From positions 166-64,165 of the forward strand of contig JAGLTS010000060.1 of the NCBI GenBank assembly GCA_023135165.1: a stretch of 64,000 bases of DNA, written 5' to 3'. Position 1 is the first letter of the stretch; each line of letters starts with the position of its first letter. The notes beneath the pieces were generated by a model, which saw only the letters and a program-made list of their open reading frames with translations, searched no databases and was not told the origin of the DNA. This DNA is from Phycisphaerales bacterium. Lineage in GTDB: Bacteria > Planctomycetota > Phycisphaerae > Phycisphaerales > JAGLTS01. The position numbers and the translations under genes are program-made. Positions 1 to 12,300 of the stretch are shown here, piece by piece.

Positions 1-35
1 GTCGTAGGTGTTGCTGGGATGAAACCCGCTGGTGC

Positions 36-1049
36 TTACATGCCGTCGTACCAGCGAGCGTCTTCGATGAAGCTCGTCACTTCGCTGTGGTCTCGGGACT
101 CACCGCGGTCCGGTCCCTCCATGAACATGCCGAGGACGACGTTGTAGTCGCGCTCGTCTTCTTCAGCGTTACCGTCGAGCACGCCGGGATCGCCCTCATT
201 GAGGAACAGGCCGTCGCCGTACGAGATCTGGGTGGCGGAACCGCTGTTGATGACACTGTAGAGCATGCCATCGGGGTAGGATGTTGTTTCGAAGACCACA
301 TGATTGTCGTTGTAGGCGATGTTGCCCTCCCACGTGTTCTTCGATCCGTGGATCAAGAGCGTGATGCTCTCATCGCCTTCGTCACCATCGGCGAGGATGA
401 CCTTGGTGATGCGGTGACTGTCGCTGGCCCACTCACCCGACTCCTCTCTGGGGCCGCGGTTGCCGAGAACGGCGTAGTTGCTGGAGAGCGAGTTCTTCCA
501 TTCGGACGACCGCTGAAGACCCGCGAGCGCGAGGTGCGCGTATGAGGAATTGCCGATACCTTCGCTCTCGGGGTCATCCGAGTCACCCTTGAGAGCGTCA
601 TCGTCCATCGGCGTGGCGCGGAAATTGGGGTCCCAGCGGGCACGCTTCCCCTCATCGAGCGCCGCGTCCGGCAGTTGATACTCGTAGTTCTCGTCTTCCG
701 CGATCTCGCTGCTCGCCTCCGACGGGCTGACCAGCACTTCAGGCGTGACGAGGCCAGCGAAGATCATGATCGAGTAGACGGTGCACGACGCATCCTTCTC
801 GGTCTGGTCGGTGAAGCCATCGATCGTCTCATCGCCGCGGTCGATCTTGGAGGCCAGCGGGTAGAAGTCCTTGTTCTGCTGCGCCCACATGATCATGCCC
901 TTTTGGACTTCACGGACCTGGGCGGCATCCTTGATCTGCTTGGCGTTGGCGCGTGCTCGGCCGAGCGCGGGCAGCAGAATACCGATCAGAAGGGCGATGA
1001 TGGCGATGACCACCAACAGTTCGATGAGCGTGAATCCACGCTTTCTCAT
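36..1049 (-). CDS. Prepilin-type N-terminal cleavage/methylation domain protein (planctomycete DUF1559-like)
   Basis: Starts [33 protein letters not shown]. Has a late H-x9-D-like motif ([18 protein letters not shown]). ATG at 1049 with GGAG upstream. Confidence 0.9.
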   Translation of the reverse strand: MRKRGFTLIELLVVIAIIALLIGILLPALGRARANAKQIKDAAQVREVQKGMIMWAQQNKDFYPLASKIDRGDETIDGFTDQTEKDASCTVYSIMIFAGLVTPEVLVSPSEASSEIAEDENYEYQLPDAALDEGKRARWDPNFRATPMDDDALKGDSDDPESEGIGNSSYAHLALAGLQRSSEWKNSLSSNYAVLGNRGPREESGEWASDSHRITKVILADGDEGDESITLLIHGSKNTWEGNIAYNDNHVVFETTSYPDGMLYSVINSGSATQISYGDGLFLNEGDPGVLDGNAEEDERDYNVVLGMFMEGPDRGESRDHSEVTSFIEDARWYDGM

Positions 1050-1805
1050 GATGATTGCTCCTGGTTGCATGCCGGACTGATTCATTAATCCATCCATGCG
1101 ACGCACAGTGACTCGCCCATCAACCGGCTGTCTGTCTCGCCCTCATCCCAACCCCCCACGACGCCCCCCCGATCCCCAAGAGCCGATTCAGGACGAGCGA
1201 GAGAAACAACGGGCACGGACGGGCGACCTGTGTCGCCGCAACACCGACCACATGACGCCGAGCGTGGTTTGCTCGGGCAAGACCTCTCCGCAGTGTCGTC
1301 CCGCTTCGGCACCGCACACGCTCGTGCGTCAGTCCGGTGTCGCGCACACGCGCCTGCCGTGCCTGAGAGAGGTCGTCGAGTTGTCGGCTGGATTGCCGAT
1401 CAAAAGATCAGCTTGGCAACCAATAGCTGCCGATGAGAGCGGTATTCCAAGGATGAGCGATCAACGTCTCCAGCCATGCGCACCTGTCATCTGTGCGCCC
1501 TTACCAGTCTATCGTGCCTGACGTGTCAGTCAAGCCAAGAGGCCATACGGATGCTCTTTAGCTTGCCTCAACGTCGTCTCACGAACCTATTCGCACTGGG
1601 CACGGACCGGTTCCACAGTTCGCACGTAGCGACCATGGACAGATCGAGTCATCTCGATATGTCGTGCCGATCGGGAGGTGTTCGGCGGTGCCCCGCATGG
1701 CGCAGGTTTCCCAGGCCCTCGATGGAGCCGATGTGAAGCCGAGGTTCGTTGACGATCGCTGGATTTCAGGTGCGAGAAGGCTCGGCTTGGCGCGGCGCGG
1801 TGTTC

Positions 1806-2603
1806 CTACGAGCCTTCGCCGACGGCGAATCGAAGGAACGCCTCGATCGTGGCGCCACCGATGAGATCCTTGATGCGTTTCTTGTCATCCTTGACGAACG
1901 GTTGCTCGAGCAGGACGACGTCTTCGTAGAACTTGCGGATCTTGCCTTCGACGATCTTCTCGGCGATGCCCTCCGGCTTGCCGGACTCCTTCGCCTGCGC
2001 CGTCGCTAGCTCGCGCTCCTTGCTCACCATCTCCTCGGGGACGTCATCCTTGGTGACAGCGATGGGGCGGGGGACGGCAGCGGTGATGTGCAGGCAGAGA
2101 TCCTTGATGACCTCATCGGAGAGGTCGCCCTGAACCTGGATCAGGACGCCGGTCTTGCCGTCGTGGTGAATGTAGTGCCCGAACGTGCCGCCCTGGAGCA
2201 CGTGCCCGCGGGCGAAGCTGATGTTCTCACCCGTTGAGATGCGGACCTCGTCGATCGCAGCGGTCATCACGTCGGTCACGGACACATCGCCGGGATCACC
2301 TTCGACCGCCAGCTCGGCGATACGCTGCGCCGTCGCGATGAAGGCCTCATTGCGCGCCGTGAAGTCCGTCTCGCTATTGACTTCGACGATTGCCGCCTTG
2401 TCACCGTTCATGGCGACGGCGATTCTGCCTTCGCCGCCGGCGCGGTGCGTGCGCGAATCCATCTTGCTCTTCAGCTTGATGCGCATGGCCTGCTCAGCGG
2501 CGTCGATGTCGCCATCCGCTTCGACGAGCGCCTTCTTGCAGTCCATCATGCCCAGTCCGGTGCGTTCTCGAAGGGCCATCACCTCTTTGGCGCTGATCGC
2601 CAT
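1806..2603 (-). CDS. tsf: Translation elongation factor Ts
   Basis: LRERTGLGMMDCKKAL, EVNSETDF and LLEQPFVKD motifs; lies downstream of rpsB. Start trimmed to MAISAKEV. Confidence 0.97.
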   Translation of the reverse strand: MAISAKEVMALRERTGLGMMDCKKALVEADGDIDAAEQAMRIKLKSKMDSRTHRAGGEGRIAVAMNGDKAAIVEVNSETDFTARNEAFIATAQRIAELAVEGDPGDVSVTDVMTAAIDEVRISTGENISFARGHVLQGGTFGHYIHHDGKTGVLIQVQGDLSDEVIKDLCLHITAAVPRPIAVTKDDVPEEMVSKERELATAQAKESGKPEGIAEKIVEGKIRKFYEDVVLLEQPFVKDDKKRIKDLIGGATIEAFLRFAVGEGS

Positions 2604-2752
2604 GGTCGTCATCTCCGTTTGTGTGTGTTCACTGACGGACTGCGCTGCTTCATGATGAAGCGCCCGCAGCCCGGTGGGTCTGTCTTTCACAACTGCTCGC
2701 CTCGCCGACGGCGCATATCGCGGATCGGCCGGCGTCACTGAAGCGGTTCACG

Positions 2753-3610
2753 TCAGGTCGCGGTCGGCTCGGTCGCCACTGGAGCTGACGCCTCGGTCGG
2801 CTGCCCACCCTCCCCTGTCTCTGGTTCGGGCCTGGCGCTGGCGGACCTGTACTGGGCGCGAGAACTCCGCCGCCGAGTGGATGTCTGCTCGGTCTCGGGC
2901 AGATCTTCACCTTCCGCCTTCTCACGCCGCATCGTCTTGCCCGCGGTGATCGCCTGACACAGTTCACGGACCACCACATCGACGGACCGCATCGAATCAT
3001 CGTTGCCCGGGATCGGGATGTCGATCAGATCCGGGTCGCCATCCGTGTCGATCAGCGCGATCGTCGGGATGCCGAGCTTGCGCGCTTCACGCACCGCATT
3101 GATCTCACGACGTACGTCGATCACGACCAGGCCGCCCGGCAGCGAGGCCATGTTCCGGATACCGCACAGGTTCCGGTAAACCTGACGCTTCTCGCGGAGC
3201 AGTTGGCTCTCCATCTTCTTGGAGTACGTTTTGATCTCGCCCGATTCGACCAGCGCTTCGAGTTCCTCGAGACGCTTGAGACGTGAGCGAATGGTCCGGT
3301 GGTTGGTGAGCGTCCCGCCGAGCCATCGCTCGGTCACCCAGTGCATGCCGACGTCGGCGACGTGCTGTTCCAGGACCGCCTTGGCCTGACGCTTCGTGCC
3401 GACGAAGCAGATGTCCTTGCCGCCTGCGACGGTTCTGGTGATGAACTTCTTTGCCAGCAGGAGTCCCTTGACGGTCTCTTTGATGTCGATGATGTGGATC
3501 TGATTCCGCTTGCCGTAGATGTACGGCTGCATCTTCGGGTTCCAGTTGCTGGCCCGCTGGCCGAAGTGGATGCCCGCCTCGATCAGATCGTGAATGAGTG
3601 ACTCCGCCAT
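2753..3610 (-). CDS. rpsB: 30S ribosomal protein S2
   Basis: EAGIHFGQ, WNPKM, FVGTKRQA, RWLGGTLTN and PIPGNDDS motifs. Start trimmed to ATG 3610. Confidence 0.97.
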   Translation of the reverse strand: MAESLIHDLIEAGIHFGQRASNWNPKMQPYIYGKRNQIHIIDIKETVKGLLLAKKFITRTVAGGKDICFVGTKRQAKAVLEQHVADVGMHWVTERWLGGTLTNHRTIRSRLKRLEELEALVESGEIKTYSKKMESQLLREKRQVYRNLCGIRNMASLPGGLVVIDVRREINAVREARKLGIPTIALIDTDGDPDLIDIPIPGNDDSMRSVDVVVRELCQAITAGKTMRREKAEGEDLPETEQTSTRRRSSRAQYRSASARPEPETGEGGQPTEASAPVATEPTAT

Positions 3611-3782
3611 TTCCGTTGCCTTTCCGTCAGCGACACCGCGGGGCACCGTCCCGCCGGCGGCAGTTCGCCGGCATGCCCCGACCAGGGCGCTTGTGTCCGA
3701 AACGCATGTGGGACCGTTCCCACCGCCCACACGGCACCAACGCCGTGCAGCCAGCCAGCCTGGGACGCAGGCCGAAGCGGGA

Positions 3783-3810
3783 AGTATACGGTGAGTCCGC
3801 CCAGTTTCAA
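3783..3810 (-). promoter_or_regulatory. Putative sigma70 promoter of rpsB-tsf
   Basis: Minus strand reads TTGAAA-16 nt-TATACT, about 170 nt upstream of rpsB. Confidence 0.6.
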
Positions 3811-3941
3811 CCACCAATTCCAAGCCGGCCGGAGCATGCCGCTCCGAGTTCGCGCGACTATCCGCAGCGCCGAAGGCCACGGTCCGCCGTTTGATCCGGA
3901 CATTGCCCGAACGGATGGCGGTTTCTTGCTAGACTGTCGCC

Positions 3942-4600
3942 GTGCTTGCTCACGTCCAGAGCTTTGTTCTCGACGGCATCAACGCCCATCGCTGTGAGGT
4001 CGAGGTCGATATCAGCGAGTCGGGGCTGCCTGCGACGACGATCGTCGGCCTGCCTGACGCGGCGGTAAAGGAGTCGATCGAGCGCGTCCGGGCTGCGATG
4101 CTCAACACGGGCTACCACTTCCCGGTGGGGCGCGTGCTTGTCAACCTCGCCCCGGCCGATGTCCGCAAGGAAGGACCTGTCTACGACCTGCCCATCGCGA
4201 TCGGCCTGCTGCGGGCGCTGGGCGTGATCCGCGATGACACACGCCTTGAGCGCACGGCCATCGCAGGGGAACTGGCGCTGGACGGTCGAGTTCGACGGGT
4301 CGGCGGCATCATCAACATGGCGCTGATGGCGAAAGGCAACGGGGCGGTCTCGGCGATCGTGCCGCGCGCCAACGCCCCGGAGGCTGCCGTCGTCGCGCCG
4401 CTGAGCGTGTACGGCATCGAGACGCTGGCGGATGCGGTGGCGATTCTCAACGCCGAGTCGCCGGTCGGGCCGGAGTCTGCGGTGGATGTCGAGGGGCTGA
4501 TTGCAGCGGCTCAGCCGGAGGTTGACTTCGGCGATATCATCGGTCAGGAAGCGCCCAAGCGCGCCGTGACGATCGCAGCGGCGGGCAGTCACAACATCCT
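3942..4600 (+). pseudogene. comM: comM/YifB Mg-chelatase-like ATPase, 5' part (interrupted by the integrative element)
   Basis: VGLPDAAVKESIERV, NLAPADVRKEG, GELALDG and IIGQE..KRA..IAAAGSHNIL. Homology stops at the attL CT core (4599-4600); the ORF tail KMCPGVGRG comes from the element. Confidence 0.93.
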
Positions 4601-4629
4601 CAAGATGTGTCCGGGTGTCGGTCGCGGCT
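4590..4629. other. attL junction (CT core at 4599-4600, then P' arm CAAGATGTGTCC)
   Basis: 4601-4612 is the exact reverse complement of 58723-58734. Confidence 0.9.
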
Positions 4630-4790
4630 GAGACACCCCGGAGGACGAAGCCCCCCTCGAGTTCGCCCTCCCCAGGAATGTAGTCTCCAAACGACGATCG
4701 GATTCTCGCGCGCATGGACCCAGATCCTGGTCCATTCGGAGAGTGAGGGAATCGAGTAGATTCCGGCCTCTATTGGGGAGGTCGATCAGG

Positions 4791-5005
4791 ATGAAACGGA
4801 AACGGTTCAAGGACGAGCAGATCGCGTTCGCGCTGCGTCGGGCCGAGAGCGGCACGCCGGTGAAGGGGTGTGCCGCAAGATGGGCATCAGCAAGCAGACG
4901 TTCTGCGGGTCGAAGAAGAAGTTCGCCGGGATGGGCGCCGCGGAGGTTCGCCAGCTGAAGCAGTTGGAAGAGGAGAGCCGCAGGCTCAAGCAACTCGTGG
5001 CGGAC
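4791..5005 (+). pseudogene. IS3-family transposase OrfA remnant, frameshifted
   Basis: MKRKRFKDEQIAFALRRAESGTPV continues in another frame as CRKMGISKQTF..KKKFAGMG..EVRQLKQLEEESRRLKQLVAD. Confidence 0.8.
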
Positions 5006-5160
5006 GTGCCCGTGGCCTGCACTGCATCCGCCTCATGCAACTTGGCGATGATCTGTTCAGGACTGTGTCGCTTGCGTTTCATGATCGAGAGTCTCCTTGC
5101 CCCTCAACGGGGCCGTGGTGACTCTCATAACAACTGGATCAGATTTCAGGGAGCAGGCCA
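5006..5160 (-). mobile_element. IS3-family left end plus OrfA start (second remnant, opposite orientation)
   Basis: TGGCCTGCTCCCTGAAATCTGATCCAG followed by MKRKRHSPEQIIAKLHEADA. Near-identical to the IS end at 26681. Confidence 0.75.
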
Positions 5161-5310
5161 GGATGATCCGCAGGAACCCGCTCTTCCAGATCGAACACCA
5201 TGAACATCGATTGTTGTCCGTCAACTTGTCCACGCATCGAGGGACTCCGTGCCAAGTGAGTGCATGCAATATACCACGACGCCCTCGGGATAGAGTTCTT
5301 TAGCGGCCTG

Positions 5311-6288
5311 CTAGCGCACCTCGATGTCACACACAGCCGTCACACTCCACGCGTCCACGATATCGCTGCGAGCGCTACGCTCGCTTATCTTGATCCGCCA
5401 TGAGGTCCTAAGCGTATGTCTACCGACCGCCAGCCCCCGTAGCGTCGTGGCGACCGGATGATCGCTGGCCCCATCGATACCCTCAAGCAGATCCAGCGCC
5501 AGCACTCGTTCGGCCGCCTGCTGTGAGAACGAAAATCTGTTTTGCAGCCCGCCGTAAATGCCGCGCCGCATCAGCATCAGGGGTTCGTTGTCAATCGACG
5601 ATCCTTCATGGCTAAAGTCGAGGAATAAGCTCGTCGACGGGGTAGCGCGCCGATCTATGAGCAAGGGAGGAAGCGTCACATTGCCCCTGTCAAGGACCCA
5701 TGTTCGCGCAAGTCCAACTCGAACGGCAGTTCGCATGTAATCATGCCAGGCGTCATCGCTGACGAGTCCCATACTCCTTGCGGCCTCAACGAAGTCGCCA
5801 TACTCACCGATCCAACGACCCGTCTGATCGCTCTGTAGCTCCACAATATGAGCAGTGATACTCGAAATGTCGTGCCGAGACAGCTCCTCATCAACCAATC
5901 TACTCATGATCTCTTGGGCAGCCGCGACTGCTACCACGTCGCGACTATCGTGAAGCTCACGCTGCAGTAGCCACAGTGGCTTGGCGGATTCCGGTATGAC
6001 GATTACGCGGGCCATCGTCAGGTTCAAGACGGACGCAAGCAGGAGGAGGAGTACTCCGAGTGACACATGGAGCCAACGCATCTGCCGTCTGCCTTGGCGC
6101 AAAGCCCGCCGGCCAGCCAATCCGGCGCCACATTCGGGACAGCGGTCTGGGGAGAGCACGGAAGACACAAGATCGTAGCCACACTTGGCACAATGCGGAT
6201 GGGCATCGATCTGTCGACCACGCAGGCCGACCACCACTGACAGAACTCCAAATGCAGTTGCAGCGATGATGACTATGTCAACCATCAT
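5311..6288 (-). CDS. Membrane protein with CxxCGYDL..CPECG zinc ribbon
   Basis: Two hydrophobic helices flank HCAKCGYDL..RCPECG. Lies directly downstream of the RHS gene. Confidence 0.75.
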   Translation of the reverse strand: MMVDIVIIAATAFGVLSVVVGLRGRQIDAHPHCAKCGYDLVSSVLSPDRCPECGAGLAGRRALRQGRRQMRWLHVSLGVLLLLLASVLNLTMARVIVIPESAKPLWLLQRELHDSRDVVAVAAAQEIMSRLVDEELSRHDISSITAHIVELQSDQTGRWIGEYGDFVEAARSMGLVSDDAWHDYMRTAVRVGLARTWVLDRGNVTLPPLLIDRRATPSTSLFLDFSHEGSSIDNEPLMLMRRGIYGGLQNRFSFSQQAAERVLALDLLEGIDGASDHPVATTLRGLAVGRHTLRTSWRIKISERSARSDIVDAWSVTAVCDIEVR

Positions 6289-6378
6289 ACACCTGCTCTG
6301 CCGCCGATTGCAGTGGAGTGGAAGCGAGGACCGTGGGCACGGGATGCAAGTCGTGGTGTTGGAACATCTGTAGACACA

Positions 6379-9300
6379 CTAGATAATCCCAGTAAGAGGC
6401 TTGACATCGACGGGAGATGGTGGAGAGCCAGCGCCGGGTGCCTGGCCGGCGCCATCACTCTTGGGCACGACACAATCGGCGCAGTAAAGCTGTATGTGGA
6501 GCGTGGATGTCATGCTGTAGTGACCATAACACATCTCACCCACTTTGAGGGTTATCACGGTTTCTACCACCCACTGGAATGGAGTACCGCAGGGATCGGA
6601 GACAGCAGGATCTGTGAAATTCGTGGCGTTAAGTGGGCAGACACAGTTGGCTTGCTCTAGGCACTGGTTGAAAGCCCACGTAAATATAGCAACAGATACG
6701 GTTTCGGTGATCAACCTGGCGCGCATTTGGTCAATGAGGGAGTCCAGGTAGGTCCATTCGGCCGGACTACATATACCGGAAACACTGAAGACCACTTCAC
6801 CGTAAGTTGAGCTCCCCTTGACGAAGGGGACGCCGCATTCACCAGTACATGCTCCGGCCTCGGTGCCATAGGGATCTACCTTTGTCGTCGGCCCTCCCTG
6901 TACATACCCATACAGCCCCATCCCATCGACATATCCAAGCGGATCTCTTCGCGTCCAGCGACCAAGTTCGGTGAGCAGCACGCGATGCCGTGCATGCAGG
7001 ATCACATCGACAGCTTCGTCGTGTCGGTGTCCGGTGTAGCCGAAGAAATTCTGCACATCGGGGTTGCTCAGCGCGCCGCGGCCGAGCGTGACGCCGAGGA
7101 ACGTGCCAGTCAGAAGTGACTGATCGGCAGCGTCCACATCGCCGTCAAGGTCCAGGTCGGCACGCACGTCGTACCCTTCCGCCATGATGATAACAGCGAT
7201 GGCCATCGCATCGCTCGCGTCGCAATCACCGTCGGAGTCGATGTCACCTGCGGGTTGGCCGAAGGGGACGCCGTAGGAGCTGTACTGGACCCATTCGAGC
7301 ATCTTGCCATCGTCGGTGAGGAGTGCAGCCACATCGCCGCGGTAGTTGTGGAAGTAGTACACGCGTTCTTCGAGCGTGCCATCCGCCTCGGCATCCCAGT
7401 CGGTGTTCGCATCCTTGTCACGGCAGATGATCATGTCGATGTATGATGACCCGCCCCGGCCTGAGAGTCCAGCGTTGTGATGGGTGAACTGCTCCTTGGG
7501 GTCATCATCGTCGTTGCGGAACGTGGCGACGATCCGCCAGCGTGTGTCGTAGACGTGGTGGTAGGTGGCGTCGTTGGCATCGACATCGCTGTCACCATCA
7601 GTGTCGTAGTGGACGGTGATGCGGTGTCCCAGGCCGTTGTACGCGTACTCGGCGACTGTGTTCTGGCTTTGGTCGGTGATCTCCACGATTCTGCCGAAGG
7701 CGTCGTACTCGTATTCGTAGTTCTCACCATCGTCGGTGAGGTTGCCGACCGCATCGTAGACGAGCGTGTAGTCGTCGTTGCCATCGTCATCGATATCACG
7801 CGCGGTCAGCTCGTTGGCCGCGTTGAACGTGCCGTCATCGTCGAGTTCATTGGCATCGGTGAAGTCACCATCACCGTTGAGGTCGAGCTGGTGAATGCCC
7901 CAGTTGCCGGTCTGGCTGAGATCCCACAGCTCGTCTTCGGTGGTCCTGGTGATGCTGGACCCGGTCCATTCGCCGCGCTCCGCCTGAATGACGCGGTTCA
8001 GGTCATCCATCGAGTGCTCGACATCCCAGCCATAGTGGACATTGTCGTCGATCACTGTGATGTTGCCGTTGCGATCGTAGCTGATGTCGCGATCGCAAAA
8101 GTCGACATCGGTGGCCAGATCCTTGGTCCAGCGATCAATAATGACGCGATTGAATCGGTCGAACGCCTCGAACGCACTCGACCCTGCGTGCATGTACCGC
8201 TTGACATCGGGTTCTTCGTAGTAGGTGCTCACGACGTGCCCAACGCCGTTGTAGCGGTACCAGGCGAGCGTGGTTCCGCCGTTGACGACGGAAGTGACTC
8301 GGCTGGCATCGGCATCGTGCAGTCCGCTGCTCGAGAGGTAGCCGTAGCTGATGACATCGCCATCGGGGAGCGTCATCGTGCTGATGCGCAATGTGTTGCG
8401 CCCAGCCGTGGCCTTGGCGTACGTCCACTGCACGTCGTAGAGGTAGTCGCCACCCGTCGCGACGGTGGAGTTGTGATCCTGCTGGAAGTTGGTGACGCCG
8501 CCCCAATCGTCGAACGTGTACTTGACCTCATCGACGACCGAGCCGGAGCCGACCGTCGCGTTGTCATACTGCGTGGCCGTCTCAACCTGACCGCGATCGG
8601 TGTAATCCCAGGTGATTCGGCGAACGGCGCCGTCGAAGCCGTTGGCGAGCGTCGTCACGCGCCGATGCTCGATCCGGCCCAGATCGTCGTAGTCCATCTC
8701 GATGATGTTGCCCGCCTGGTCCTTCGCGTAGATCTGCTGGCTCAGCGCGTTGTAGGCGAAGGTGACCAGATCGGTTCCACCGCCCGAGTCGGGGTACTGG
8801 ACGCTGCGCAAGAGGTGTCCGGCGGCGAACTCCGATGGGCCGGGGCTGTCGCTTGCCGTCACGCCGTACGTGTAGGTGGTCTCCTGATCGGTCTGGCCGG
8901 CAGGCAGGTCCGCGGTGACCTTGGTCTTCAGACCGTCGGTGTACTCGTAGGCGATCGTCTGATCTTCATCGTCATTCGTCCCGCCGCCTGGTGTGCCATC
9001 CGTGTAGTTGGCGACCACCTTCGTGACGCGACCGACATCGTCGTAGGTCGTCCTCGTCTCGATATTCATCGGGTCGGTGACCGACAGGCGCGTTCCGTCA
9101 TCGTTGTAGGCGTACGTCGCCACCAGGACGGTGTCTGAGCGTGATGGCGCACTGAGCCCATCGCGATCGAAGGTGCCGACGTTGTCCGTGGCGTGGTTCG
9201 TGCCGTAGCGCGCGACGGTCGTGACGCGATTGAGCGTGTCGTACCACATCGCGTTGATCTGGATGCGTCCCTCGATGTTCGCGGCGGTGTACTGCAGCAC

Positions 9301-12300
9301 ATCGCCATCGGCGTTCGTGTCGAGCGCCCCGGTCGTCTCACCACCATCCTTGTCGTCGAAGAGTCGATCGATCCGTGCCGTCATGAGCACGAGCGAACTG
9401 TCACTCGACTCGTAGGTCGTCTGCATCTCCGTGAGGACGATGTCACCCGTGACGTCGTCTGCATCGGCGTAGACGGAGTCGTTGTCGACAGCCAGGACGA
9501 ACTGGTGCGTCCGACGCCCGAGCCGGTCGTAGGCGTACTTGACGAGTTGCTCACCATCCTGCTTGATGAGTCGGCCCGCCGCGTCGAACCACGTCTCGGT
9601 GACAAGCGTGTCGTCATCCGAGCCGTCGGCATCGTCGATCTTGTGGCGTGTCGTCTCCCACACACGGCCGAGCTGGTCATGGTCGTTTTCGACCAGGCCG
9701 ATGCGATTGGTCGTCACCGTCGTCGGATCGCTCGAAGCGCTCAGACCGCCTGCGGAACTGTACTGTCCGACGGCGATCACTCGTCCGCGATTGTCGTACT
9801 TGGTCAGGATATGCGGCGGCTCTTCGTTGGTCACCAGCACGGCTCGGCCGCGTTCATTGTTCGTGTAGGTCGTCTCCCGCTTGTCCGTGTCGCTGTCCTG
9901 AACGTAGCGGGTGCGTGTGGTGATGTAGCTGTTCCCGCCGTCGCTGCCCGAGTCGTACTCGATAGCGCTGACCTTGACCATGTCATCCGTGCCGGAGGAT
10001 TCACCACCGTCAAAGCTCGAGTCGTTCGTGCCGATGTGCGTCTCGATCGGCCGGCTGATGTCGTCAAAGACCGTGCGTGTGATCGTGCCCACAGCCGTCT
10101 TGACGCGCCATCGGCGTCCAGAGTCGTCGTAACCGTAGGTGGTCTGGTCGTAGTGCGTCCCATCCGTCCCGGGCAGACTCGATGGGGTATCGAAGTAGGT
10201 CCTCGATGCATCCAACGTGGTCCCCGCTTCGTTGTAGCTGCTCGTTGCCAAGCGGGAGAGCGTCCCTGTGTTCACCGCCAGGACGGCATCGGAGTCCGTC
10301 TCGTCGATGTGGCTGGTGATCGCCGTCGTCGTCGAGCCGCCCGAGAAGGCGATGATCCCCGACGCCTCGACCTTCCCCGCATGGTTGGTCACCGTGTACG
10401 AGACCGGGCCGTAGTACGTGCCCGTGCCCGAGACGTACTTGGGGTATCGCAGTACGACCAGACGCCGATCAGCCAGCGCCGTGTAGTAGCTCAGCGTGAC
10501 CGTCCCGTCAGGAAGCGTCGTCGTCGTGGTGCGCCCCTGATCGTCGTGGGCGTACTCGATGATCACACGCTCGCCATCACCTGACTCGTCAATGTCGAAG
10601 TCGGTGTTCGGGTCATCACCTGACGCGAAGTCGGACCCGTGATTCGTCTGGCAGTCGACGATCCGCTTGACGGGCAGACCCTCATCGTACTGCATGTAGT
10701 CGTGATGCCCCTCGGTGGACTCGACAAACGCCGTCGTCCCATCCTTGCGCGTGTAGCGCGTCGTCGTCGTCGCCGAGCCCGAGCCGTTCTTCGCCGCCGA
10801 CACGGCCACGTTCTCCGTCTCGACATCCTTGTACGTCAGCACCGCCGTCCCGCCCGTGTTGTACGTCGGCGTCAACTCGAAGTCCGCCTGACCGGCGTGG
10901 GGATTGCTGATGAAGTTCGCGTTGACCGTTCGCTCATCGACCATCGCCCGTGTGATGCTCACATTACCCACAGTCAGGCTCGCCGACGTGTACGCCAGCT
11001 CGATGTCGTAGTACGATGTCCCGCTGGTCCCCGTCCGGTGCCGGTGGTTGGTGATGAACCCGGTCATGTCACCGCTGCTCACCAGGTCGAATGTCCTGAC
11101 AAGGCCCACCGACGCCGACGCGGTGAACGATGCGCTGCTGTGCGTGTACCCCGTCACGTTCGCAGGTGTGTGGATCTCCGTGATGATCCCGCTTGAGTTG
11201 CGAACCACCTGCATCGCCCAGAAGTCCGGCGCCGGATCCGTGTTCGCCGGATCGTCATCGGTCAGAACGTGGCTGATCGGCTGATGCGTCTCGTCGAAGT
11301 ACTGCGTCTCGTACGCGCCATCCGGACGCTTGGTGATCACACGGAACGCCCACGTCTGGTCATACCCAGACCCGTCGCTGTAGCTGCCGTTCGCCGCGTA
11401 GGTGTACTCGAACGTCCCGTTGCCCGCGCCGGAGCACCCGCAGGCGCCGTTGAAGTACGCCTCGTTCACCTCATGGGCCGAGTTGTACTCAAAGTACGCC
11501 GACGAGTACGGCTTGAGGCTCTCCTCCGTCGCCGTCAGGTAGTCCGCGTCGAACGTCGAGTCCGACCAGTCGAAGTTCCGCGTCCCTTCGAAGTCCACCA
11601 CGTACTGCAATCCGTGATCGTGCCCGGGATTCGTCGTCGCGTTGTATGTCCCCGACCAGTACCGGTAGTACTGCACACGCACATCGTTGATACCCGAGTC
11701 GGTCAGCGGGATCGTGATCGTCACCGTCGCCAGGTCGCCCGTGCTCCCGTAGGTCGTACCCGCCGGTTGGCCGCTGCCGTAGTACCCGTACTGCACCTTC
11801 CCGACCTCGGTCCAGCCGCCATCGTCGATCTCCGCCTTCACCTCCGTGAGACGGTCCGTTCCATTCAGCGTCGTGTAGGTGTAGCTGAACCTCCGCCCGG
11901 CGCTGTCGTACGTCTCATCAATCCGGCCCGACCCATCGTAACCATCGCTGATCGCCGTGCTTGCCGTGTCTTCATCACCTGCGTACGCCGTGTTCCCAGC
12001 CGCGTCGGTGACCTTCCAGATCTGACCTTCCGCTGGATTGGCATCGCCGTCGAACCCGAAGAAGACCGTCACCATCCCGTGCGGATCGGTGTACGTGTAC
12101 GTGTCCGGCTCGTTGCCGCTCCCCGCCACGTACTGCATCACGCCCGCAGCGCCGTTCTTCGCCTTGAACTCAACGCTGTTGACGTCATGGCGGCGGAACT
12201 CGATGAACCGGTCAGCGCCATAGATCAGGTAGACGACATCCTCATCGTCCGTATCCCCTTCGTACAACATGATTTCCGGCTGGCTCATCTGGAACCAGTT

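Noticed and set aside
3611..3880. N-terminal extension of RpsB (and likewise Tsf 2604-2738)
   Set aside because: Homology starts at downstream ATGs, and the rpsB extension spans the predicted promoter.
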